From assembly GCA_963797845.1 (NCBI GenBank), contig CAWCRE010000007.1, forward strand, positions 13,851 to 77,850: 64,000 bases of DNA, given 5' to 3'. Under the pieces are notes generated by a model, which saw only the letters and a program-made list of their open reading frames with translations, was not told the DNA's origin and did not search any database. The stretch is from Terriglobia bacterium (lineage in GTDB: Bacteria; Acidobacteriota; Terriglobia; Terriglobales; Acidobacteriaceae). A program made the translations under genes and the position numbers. Shown in pieces: positions 36,926-45,533 of this stretch; the first letter of the stretch is position 1; each line of letters begins with the position of its first letter.

Positions 36926-37758
36926 ATGACAGAGGAAAGCAAAGCCGCAGTGCAGGATCCCGAAGTCAAGATTGACGCGGATGATGGTTACGACGTGCTT
37001 CATACCAAGTCAGAGTTGTTTTATGACTTGTATGACCGCAAATCGGAATTGAAGCAGCAGACCCACTATTGCCCGGGCTGCGGCCACGGCGTCGCCCACA
37101 AGTTGATCGCTGAGGCGTTGCAGGAGCTTGGCGTGCAAGACAACACTATCTTTGTCAGCCCCGTCGGATGTTCTGTGTTCGCCTATTACTACTTCGATGT
37201 GGGCAACGTGCAGGTGCCGCATGGACGTGCTCCGGCCGCGGCAACGGCGATCAAGCGTGCATGTCCGGGGAAGATCGTGATCTCGTATCAGGGAGATGGA
37301 GATTTGGCGGCGATTGGCACCGCGGAGATTGTTCACGCCGCGAATCGCGGTGAGAAGATCAGCGTGTTCTTCGTGAACAATGCGATCTATGGCATGACGG
37401 GCGGGCAAATGGCGCCGACGACGCTGGTGGGCGAGAAAAGCACGACGTCCCCGTGGGGCCGCCGTCCGGCAAATGAAGGTTTCCCGCTGCACATGTCGGA
37501 GTTGCTCGCGACTTTAGAAGCGCCGGTATACATCGAACGAGTGGCGCTTTGCGACAACAAGAACGTGATGAAGGCGCGCCGCGCGGTTAAAAAAGCTCTG
37601 GAGCTTCAGCGCGATGGAGCAGGCTTTACGTTTGTGGAGATCCTGTCGCCTTGTCCCACCATCTGGGGGAAAGATCCAGTCGAGGCGCGGCGCTGGATCA
37701 GCGAAGCCATGGTACCCACGTTTCCCACTGAACGTGTTCCGCGATCGCAAGCCGGTAA
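36926..37758 (+). pseudogene. 2-oxoacid:ferredoxin oxidoreductase beta subunit (TPP-binding), frameshift near 37725; 3' end uncertain
   Basis: HYCPGCGHG...ISYQGDGDLAAIGTAEIVHAANRGEKISVFFVNNAIYGMTGGQMAPTT... then ...MVPTFP / LNVFRDRKPV. A TAATG junction lies at 37756-37760. Confidence 0.8.
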
Positions 37759-38445
37759 TGCCGGTCAAACAACGCGCCGCCGCAGCGTTCTATACCTGAG
37801 GTACTGGAGATCGGGGAAGCAGCGGTCGGCGAACAGGGAACCGTCAACCATGCCCATCGCTTCAAGAACTTCTCCGTAAAAATTGCAGGATTTGGTGGCC
37901 AGGGCGTGCTGCTACTCGGCCAGTTGCTCACCGAAATGGGTATGCGTGAAGGCCTGGAGGTGAGTTGGCTGCCCTCCTATGGGCCGGAAATGCGATCGGG
38001 CAGCGCGCATTGTCACGTGTGCCTGTCGAAAGAACGGATTGGAACGCCCCTTATCTCGCATCCCGATGCGTTGGTTGCAATGAATGAAATCTCGCTGCGA
38101 AAGTTTGCCTCGCAAGTGAAAAGTGGCGGCCTAATTCTTTATAACCAGGAATCTCTTCCTTCTGATTTCGTGGTGCCGGCCGGGGTTCGCGTGATATGCA
38201 TTCCGGCTTCGCAAATGGCGGACAAACTAGGGTCGACCAAGGTCACCAACATCATCCTGATGGGCGCATTGCTCGAAGAGACCGAATGCCTTGCGCCGGG
38301 GACTGCGATGGGCGTGATTCAGGACAAAGTCAAGAAGGTAGCCCTGCTGGAAACCAATCGCAAAGCGCTCGCGGCGGGGCGGCATTTCATCGATGAGCAT
38401 TCTCACGAGGAGGCGCTTAGTCAGCCGGACGGATTTGCCGAGTAG
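37758..38445 (+). pseudogene. 2-oxoacid:ferredoxin oxidoreductase gamma subunit; start and frame uncertain
   Basis: KIAGFGGQGVLLLGQLLTEMGMREGLEVSWLPSYGPEMRSGSAHCHVCLS...TNIILMGALLE. This frame has no in-frame ATG or GTG upstream of KIAGFGG. Candidate ATGs at 37758 and 37850 are both out of frame, which implies another indel. Confidence 0.7.
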
Positions 38446-38461
38446 TATTGATCTTCCCTTC

Positions 38462-38491
38462 AGCCCGCCATTCAAGGCGGGCTTTTTATTT
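38462..38491 (+). terminator. rho-independent terminator after the OFOR cluster
   Basis: agcccgcc attcaa ggcgggct followed by ttttattt. Confidence 0.7.
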
Positions 38492-38849
38492 GCATAACCA
38501 GGAAGAGCGACCGTTCTCGCGCTTCGGCCTCAATGAGGCTAACTGTCTTCCGATCGACACCTGTCCATTGGCGATGTCCGTTTTCGCAATGCGTATCGGA
38601 AACGGTGTTCAAATACGGACAGCGGAATATGTTTTTTAATTGTGCCCAGATTGTGAACTGGATTTTACAAAAACAATTCTTACCTTTCCCTTTCCGTTGC
38701 GTCTAACGATGCAGAGTTCCGATGTGCGAATCCCCGATATGGAATAGCTGAGTTCGAATTTGTGGAACCGGGCGCAGGCCGCATACGTAACACATGCTGG
38801 GCAAGTGTGTGAGCCGCTATCGGGTGGGGTCGCGGGATTCGGAGGAATT

Positions 38850-39386
38850 ATGGAAAACGGTAAGGGTGGCAGTAACGGAGTTGCGGTCAAGGCCGCCACA
38901 CCGACGAATGATCCGCATGTTCACCAGGTGATTCGTGCGGCTCATGATGAGCTTCGACAGTTGCTGCGGCAGCGCGCCGAAGTCATGAAGCGCATTGGCA
39001 CGGTCAAGCAGACGATTGTGGGTCTCGCCAATCTTTTCGGAGACGAGATCCTGGATGAAGAGTTGCTGGAACTGGTGGATCGCAAGAACAGTGGCCGGCA
39101 GCCGGGATTTACCAAAGCATGCCGGATGGTGCTGATGGAGGCAGATCAGCCGCTTGGTGCGCGAGAGGTTTGTGAGCAGATCCAGCGCCGGATGCCTCCG
39201 GTCTTGTTGCGGCATAAGGATCCGCTGGCATCGGTCACTACGGTGCTCAATCGTCTGGTGGACTATGGCGAGGCCAGAACAGTGGTTCGGGAAAATGGCC
39301 GGCGCGCCTGGCAGTGGGTCGCGGACCCGGGAACGGCGCAGCCCCACCGCAACCACGTCCTTAACGAGATGAGTTCAGAGATTTAG
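38850..39386 (+). CDS. protein of unknown function (coiled-coil N-terminus, possible winged-helix C-terminus)
   Basis: GGAGGA RBS. Translation includes MENGKGG...HDELRQLLRQRAEVMKRIGTVKQTIVGLANLFGDE...ACRMVLMEADQPLGAREVCEQIQ...VTTVLNRLVDYGEARTV. Confidence 0.6.
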   Translation: MENGKGGSNGVAVKAATPTNDPHVHQVIRAAHDELRQLLRQRAEVMKRIGTVKQTIVGLANLFGDEILDEELLELVDRKNSGRQPGFTKACRMVLMEADQPLGAREVCEQIQRRMPPVLLRHKDPLASVTTVLNRLVDYGEARTVVRENGRRAWQWVADPGTAQPHRNHVLNEMSSEI

Positions 39387-39401
39387 CGGTTCCTTCCACA
39401 A

Positions 39402-39439
39402 GCTCCCGAGCCGGCCCAGAAGTTATCAGGCTCGGGAGC
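39402..39439. terminator. hairpin between convergent genes (possible bidirectional terminator)
   Basis: gctcccgagcc - 16 nt - ggctcgggagc, an 11-bp perfect stem. There is no clean U-run on either side. Confidence 0.4.
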
Positions 39440-39454
39440 CCCTTCCTTTATGCT

Positions 39455-40174
39455 TCAGGCATTCGCGGGAAGCAGCATTCCTTTTTCCAGGTGCCGAGTC
39501 ACGTGCGCGTACGAAGCCGCGTGCGGATCGTGCGTCACCATGACCACGGTCTTGTGAAAGTCTTCATTCAGGCGTTTGAGAATCTCAAGGATTTCGGTGG
39601 CCGAGTGGCTGTCGAGATCGCCGGTGGGCTCGTCCGCGAGGATCAAGGTGGGGTCGCTGACGATGGCGCGGGCAATGGCGACGCGCTGCTCCTGTCCGCC
39701 GGAGAGTTGTTTCGGCAGGTGATTCACGCGCTCCTCCAGTCCGACCAGCTTGAGCGCCGTCATCACGTGATCACGCCGTTGCTGAGCGTTCAGTTTCGTC
39801 AGCAGTAGCGGCAGTTCGACGTTTTCGAAAGCCGTCAGCACCGGGATCAGGTTGAAGGTCTGGAAGACGTAGCCGATGTGCTCGTTGCGCCAGCGCGCCG
39901 ATTGCGCCGTCGCTGAAGCGAAAGATGTTCTCGCCCAGCACCAGCAACTCGCCCGCGGTTGGGCGGTCAATCGCCGCAATCATATTCAGCAGCGTGGTTT
40001 TGCCCGGAACCGGAAGGCCCCATGAGCGCCAGGAATTCTCCCCCGGCGATCTCGATGGAGACTTCTTCGAGCGCTTTTACTTCGAAAGCGTCGCGCTTGA
40101 AAATTTTGCTTACGTTCCGTGCTTGAACGACTTTTGTCTGGGTAGCGGTATTCGGCAGCAGTAGTAGTGCTCAT
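39455..40174 (-). pseudogene. ABC transporter ATP-binding protein (MacB/LolD-type), at least 3 frameshifts
   Basis: MSTTTAAEYRYPDK / [70 protein letters not shown] / ...[33 protein letters not shown]...[32 protein letters not shown]...VMVTHDP. Confidence 0.85.
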
Positions 40175-41537
40175 GACTGTCCTTTGATCTTGATCTTGTC
40201 GCCATCTTTCAAAGTTTGAGGGCCTGAGGTGATGACGTCCTCGCCGCCGTTCAGACCGGAAACCAGCAGGCCACCGCTTCGCTGCGAGACGACTTGCACT
40301 TCGCGCGCCAGGGCCTTGCCGTTGAATGCGAGGAGCACGTATTTTCTTGCCATCGCGATCGCGCACAGCGGTGGTGGGAACGAACACCCCCGTCGGGACG
40401 CGACTCGGTACTCTTGTTCTCGTTCGCGAGAAACTTGACGGTGGCGTTCATGTCGGGGCGCAGATACGAGTCGGGATTCAGGATCTGCACCTTGACTTGC
40501 ACGGTGGCCTTCTGGCGGTCGGCTTCCGGAGAAATCTCGGCGATCTGGCCATCGTATTTGCGATCCGGAAAAGCGTCGGTGGTCACGACGCCTTTCTGGT
40601 GGGCGTCGAGCTTGCGAAATCGTCCTGGGCAATGTCGAGTTCGACTTGCAGATCGTTCAGGTCGGCCAAGGCCACCACCTGTCCCTGAGGTCCTCCGGCG
40701 GCGCCGCTGGCAAACTGAGCGGTAACCAGTTCGCCTTTCTCCGCCGTGCGTTCCAGGATCGTGCCGGTCACGGGCGCGCGAATCAGGGTGGCGTCCAGCA
40801 GCGACTTTGCGTAGGCCTCAGCACCTTCCGCTTGCAGCAGCGCGCCCTTGCGCGCGAGCAATTTCTTCGGCCCGCGGGCCGAGCTTGCGCGAGCGTGAAC
40901 GACTGGCTCAGCGAATGCACTCTCTGCTGATCCGCCTCGAACTTCGCGGTCGCATCATCAAGCGCCTGTTTCGAGAGGACGCCCTGCGTCGTTAAATCTT
41001 TGCGTGCGGTCCAGCGTGATTTTGTCGTTCGCGAGCGTGGCCCGAGCTTCATCCAGATTATGCTGCGCCTGTTGCATTTCTTCCGGACGTGAGCCGTTCT
41101 GCAGTTCTTGCAGATATGCGCGTGCATTTTCCGTTGCGCCGCGGGCCTGGTCGTATTGCGCACGGAATTCGTCATCTTCCAGGCGAACCAGGACTTGGCC
41201 TTCTTTGACCTTGTCGCCCTTCTCGACGCCAATCCACTTCACGCGGCCGGTCACTTTCGAGTTCACATTGATTTTGTGGTGGGCGACGATGTAGCCGCTG
41301 GCTGAAAGCACGACGCCTCCCACTTCGCTGCTGGGAGCCGCGGCGCGTACCGTTTCGACTTCGGGCGTATCGCGAAGAGAAAAGACGATAGGCGAGTGCT
41401 GCCATGCCAAGCAGGACGACAAGCGCGATTCCGCCAACGATATAGCGCCGCGCCCAGGTAGGCGCTCCACCCTCGGCCGCGCTGCGTGCGGTCGATGCGC
41501 AGGCTCTGAAGATCTTATGTTTAGTGTCGATAGGCAT
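40171..41537 (-). pseudogene. HlyD/MacA-type periplasmic adaptor, at least 5 frameshifts
   Basis: The N-terminal TM is RRYIVGGIALVVLLGMAALAYRLF. Later fragments, spread over all three frames, are SASGYIVAHHKINVNSKVTGRVKWIGVEKGDKVKEGQVLVRLEDDEFRAQYDQARG..., then ...[21 protein letters not shown]..., then ...[51 protein letters not shown]..., then ...[57 protein letters not shown]. Confidence 0.8.
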
Positions 41538-41577
41538 GGTTCACTCATCAAGTGTCCGCTCAATTCCGTCGCAAATT

Positions 41578-42743
41578 CTAGCCGCGCAAGCGCTCCCAGA
41601 ATGTCTCGCCGTGACGCGTGCCATGCCGGAGCGAAACCGCCAAGCAATCCCATGGCAACGGCGAAGAGCACCGCCGTGAGTACTACGCCAGTGGTGATTT
41701 GCAGACTGAACACCACTTCACTGAATGTGACCTGGTTCGAGGTTCCCGTGGTCATGCCGTTGAACGGGAAGCATCAGAATAATTCCGACCAGGGCACCCA
41801 GCAACGACAGCAACAACGACTCGAGGACAAACGAAGTCATAATGCTGGGTCGCGAGAATCCAATCACGCGAAGAGTGGCAATCTCTCGGCCTCGATAGGC
41901 AACCGCCGCGTACATCGTATTCATCGCGGCGAAGCAGGAGCCGATCGCCATGATGATCGCGACGATAAATGCCCACGAACTTGATCGGGACCGCCGGATT
42001 TGGTCTGCGATGCGTAATATTCAGGCTCGATCATGCCAGCCAGCTTCAGACGCTGGTCATCGCTCACCCGGTTCTTCAAAGCCTCAGCCGCGACCGGATC
42101 GGTAGCGCGCAACAGCACCGACGAATAGACCGTGCGCTCAAAGTCAGTGGTGAGCTGGTTGATGTCGCCCCAGATCTCAGAGTCGTGCGCCGTGCCGGAG
42201 CCGTCGAAAATCCCGACGACGTTCCAGAAGCCACTTCCGATCTGCATGGTGTCGCCGATGTTGGTTTTGGCGAAGCGTCTTGTTGATCGACTGGCTGACC
42301 ACGACTTCATGTTGGCCGGGATTGAACCAGCGTCCCGAGACGAGCTTGATCTTGGGGCGCATCTCGATGCCGAGCGGAGTCAGAAACCTCGTGGTGACGT
42401 TCACTTCGCCGGTACCGTCCTGCCGTGGAAGCACGATGACCAGAATGTCTTCGCCCGAGGCCAGCGCTTCGCCCTTGCTGTTCTTCGCTACACCGGGAAG
42501 CTCTTTCAGCGTCTGCATGGCATCGCGATCGACACCGCCTGCCGCCAGTTCCGAGGTCGACCCTTCGCAGCACCAGGACGTTAGCGGATCTCCGGTGCTG
42601 CCAAAGGCGCGATTCAGTCCAGCCAGCAGAGCCATGATGAAGATCGCGGTGGCCACGGTCAGCGCGATCCCCAGCGCGGTCATGATCGTGAGGCCCTTCC
42701 GCAACTTCAGATTGCGGACGTTGTAGCTGATCGGAATTGCCAT
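41578..42743 (-). pseudogene. FtsX-family ABC permease 1, at least 4 frameshifts; 3' end approximate
   Basis: MAIPISYNVRNLKLRKGLTIMTALGIALTVATAIFIMALLAGL... / ...FAKTNIGDTMQIGSGFWNVVGIFDGSGTAHDSEIWGD... / ...[63 protein letters not shown] / ...VVLTAVLFAVAMGLLGGFAPAWHASRRDILGAL. As written, the frame reads through into the adaptor gene. Confidence 0.7.
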
Positions 42744-42760
42744 CGCTTTAAATTTCTCCG

Positions 42761-43905
42761 CTAACCGATATGCCGCAAGCCGTCCACGATGTTGATCTGC
42801 GATGCGTGATAGGAAGGAACCAGAGCGCTCAAGAACCCGACCAGGGCCGCGACGAACAGGGCCACGGCAATGGTGACAGGGGTGACGGCGAGCCCAGTCA
42901 TGAAGCCACCCTGCTTCTGCATGCCCGACACCACGCAGAAATGCGACGCAGCGACCCGAGCAGACCGCCCATAAGCGAGAGTGAAACCGCTTCTCCGACA
43001 AACAGTCCAAGAATGCTGCGGCGAGTGAATCCGAGGGTTTTGAGCACGGCGACTTCGCGCGTACGCTCACGAATCGACATCGCCATGGTATTCGCCGAAA
43101 CCAGCAGGATCGCGAACACCACCGCCAGGCAGATGCTCAGCAGGAAAGCTTTGACATTGCCCAGCATCTGCACGAAGTCGAGTTGAAATGCTTTCTCGGT
43201 TTCGCTCTTGGTGGGACGAGTGGAGTTCCGGAATTCCTCGTCAATGGTCTTCGCAACCCGGGTGATGTTGTCGGGCGAATCCACCAGCACCGCGAAAATT
43301 CCCTCGCTGCCCTTGGCTGGAGCGTACCCCTCGTCAAGGTAAGTCTTATTGAAATACAACGCCTGCGTCGTTTGCGGAGCCGTGAAGATTCCGCGAATCG
43401 TCAATTCAAGGTTTAAAGGAAAGATCGTACCCTTTATGTTCAGTCGGTCGCCGATCTTCCAGCCATATTTTTTCGCCAGCTCGGAGTCAACAATTGCTCC
43501 GGCACGATCCTTTTTCCAGGCCTCAAGCTGGTCGTCGGGCATCTGAAACTCTCGATATACCTTGAACAGTTCTTCGGGGTCGGTGCCGAACTGCGCAAAG
43601 AAATTCTCCGGCTTGTCATCTTTGTATTGTCCGCCGAACCATTGCTGGTTTACGACTTGCGTGACACCCGGAATGGCGCGAATCTTCTCCCGGTAGAACG
43701 TTGGCAGGTTGAATACGAGTGAAACCTTATGCCGCACGATCAACCGTTGCGCCGAAAGCACGCTGCCCTGATCGATATAAAACGACTTCCAGATGGTCAT
43801 CATGAGCGTGAGCAGCAGCAGCGAGAAACCGATACTGAGCACGGTCAGCACACTGCGACGCCGGTTGCGAAACGCGTTCTTAGTTACGAAACGGGTCAGG
43901 GTCAT
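42761..43905 (-). pseudogene. FtsX-family ABC permease 2 (LolE-like), one frameshift near 42950
   Basis: MTLTRFVTKNAFRNRRRSVLTVLSIGFSLLLLTLMMTIW...MSIRERTREVAVLKTLGFTRRSILGLFVGEAVSLSLMGGLLGS / ...PSYHASQINIVDGLRHIG. It is collinear with permease 3. Confidence 0.8.
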
Positions 43906-43908
43906 AAG

Positions 43909-45060
43909 TCAGCCGATGTGTCTCAATCCGTCCACGATATTGGTTTGCGAGGCGTGCCAAGCGGGAATGAAGGCGCTCACAAACCCAACTGCTGCCGCAA
44001 CGGTGAGCGCGATCGCCATGGTAACTCCCGATATGCTCATGCCATTCAAGAACAATCCTCCCTGGGGAGAGTGTTTCATCATGAAGACCAGCGCGGAAGC
44101 CGCCAAGACCCCAACCACTCCCCCTGCTAAAGCAAGGGCCACTGCCTCACTGACAAAAAGTCCCAGAACCCCATTCCGCGTGAATCCGAGAGTCTTCAGG
44201 ACGGCGACTTCGCGGGTACGCTCGCGAATCGACATCGCCATGGTATTTGCAGAAACCAGCAAAGTGGCGAAGACAACAGCCGCGCAGATGCTCAGGATAA
44301 AGGCCTTCACGTTGCCGAGCGTGGCAATCCAACTCAACTGAAAGGCGCGTTCGCTCTCGCTCTTGGTTGGACGAGGCGCGTTGCGAAAAGTCTCGTCAAT
44401 CTCTTTCGCAACTTTGGGGACACTCTGCGGAGAATCCGCCATCACTCCGAAAAAGCCAACGTGTCCTTTCACGTCGGGGTACCCTTCGTCCAGATACGTG
44501 TTGTTGAAATACATTGAAGCCGTTGGCGCAGGAGCGCTGAATATTCCGCGAATCGTGAGTTCAAGATTCAGAGGAAAAATCGTTCCCTTTACATTCAGCT
44601 TGTCGCCGATCTGCCAGTTGTGACGTTTGGCGAGGTCGCTATCCACAATGCAGCCGGCGCGATCTTTTTGCCATGCCGCAAGCTGATCCGGCGGCATTTG
44701 AAACTCGGGATAGACTTCCAGCAACTCATTGGGATCGGTGCCGAACTGGGCGAAGAAATTTTCCGGTTTCTGGTCCTTATAAATCCCTCCGAACCAGGTC
44801 TGGTTGACGACGTGCGTGACGCCCGGCATGCTGCGGATTTTGTCGCGATAAAAGCCGGGCAGGAAAAAGATCAACGAGACCTTGTGGCGCACAATCAGTC
44901 GCTGCGCGGACTGGGCGCTTCCCTGATCGGAGTAGAAGGCATGCCAAATCGTCATCATCAGCGTAAGCAGCAGCAGGGAGAAACCAATGCTCAGTATGGT
45001 GAGCACAGTTCGCCGTTTGTTTCGAAAAGCGTTCTTGCTGACGAATCGAGTCAGGGTCAT
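43909..45060 (-). CDS. FtsX-family ABC permease 3 (intact tandem paralog of permease 2)
   Basis: MTLTRFVSKNAFRNKRRTVLTILSIGFSLLLLTLMMTIW...MSIRERTREVAVLKTLGFTRNGVLGLFVSEAVALALAGG...PAWHASQTNIVDGLRHIG. Confidence 0.85.
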   Translation of the reverse strand: MTLTRFVSKNAFRNKRRTVLTILSIGFSLLLLTLMMTIWHAFYSDQGSAQSAQRLIVRHKVSLIFFLPGFYRDKIRSMPGVTHVVNQTWFGGIYKDQKPENFFAQFGTDPNELLEVYPEFQMPPDQLAAWQKDRAGCIVDSDLAKRHNWQIGDKLNVKGTIFPLNLELTIRGIFSAPAPTASMYFNNTYLDEGYPDVKGHVGFFGVMADSPQSVPKVAKEIDETFRNAPRPTKSESERAFQLSWIATLGNVKAFILSICAAVVFATLLVSANTMAMSIRERTREVAVLKTLGFTRNGVLGLFVSEAVALALAGGVVGVLAASALVFMMKHSPQGGLFLNGMSISGVTMAIALTVAAAVGFVSAFIPAWHASQTNIVDGLRHIG

Positions 45061-45203
45061 GACGGTACTCTTGAATACCTAAGAGGGGCCCCCACACGGG
45101 ACAGGTATGCGAACCCCATCAGAATAGACGATGGTGTTGTTCACGACAACCAAGTCCGGCTGCAGCCTGTCTCTCCTCATGCGACCGCCACTGCGAGTCA
45201 CTT

Positions 45204-45295
45204 GTCATTCCGACTGGAAGGAGGAATCTGCTCATCGTCGATAAGCCCCGGCGCCGCACCCCCGAGCAGATTCCTCGCCCACGGCTCGGAATGGC
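45204..45295. repeat. REP/MITE-like inverted pair of the GTCATTCCGA...GAGGAATCTGCTC unit
   Basis: The left arm is gtcattccgactggaaggaggaatctgctc (45204-45233). The right arm is gagcagattcctcgcccacggctcggaatggc (45264-45295). The outer 10 bp and inner 13 bp are complementary. A third copy of the unit lies at 53515-53545. Confidence 0.6.
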
Positions 45296-45325
45296 AAAAA
45301 CTGTCCGCAATCGATAATCGCGGTC

Positions 45326-45390
45326 GCCGAATGCCGAATACCGAATACGAACTGCCAACTGCCAATTCCAATTCCTTCCAATTCCAATCC
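45326..45390. repeat. short tandem word arrays (ccgaat x3, ctgccaa x2, ttccaa x4)
   Basis: Sequence: gccgaatgccgaataccgaatacgaa ctgccaactgccaattccaattccttccaattccaatcc. Confidence 0.6.
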
Positions 45391-45533
45391 TGCCCGTCGC
45401 CACGGCTCCTCGCCAGTGGCCATCGTCATCTGCCTGGAATGACAAATGTCATAGGCCCTGAGACATCCATAAAGATTAACGGTAGAATCGGTCGCAAGGT
45501 TACGGCGTTTCATTTCGTAGAGCGGGAGGAGCA

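Noticed and set aside
37758-37905. Assigning a definite start codon to the OFOR gamma subunit
   Set aside because: The frame carrying KIAGFGGQG has no ATG or GTG upstream before a stop. The candidate ATGs (37758 and 37850) are in other frames. At least one more indel is implied, so only an approximate 5' end is given.
38492-38849. AT-richer 360-bp intergenic region with nested imperfect hairpins (gtccgt...acggac, ccgttt...aaacgg) and a T6 run near 38631, considered as an sRNA gene
   Set aside because: The stems are short (5-6 bp) and not adjacent to the T-run, and I could not define a promoter. Without covariation or expression data this is not supportable.
45326-45390. CRISPR array as an explanation for the tandem repeats here and at 52974-53091, 53429-53593 and 60358-60402
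   Set aside because: The units are 6-10 nt, directly abutting with no spacers, and only 3-4 copies long. No cas genes are present. They are not CRISPR.
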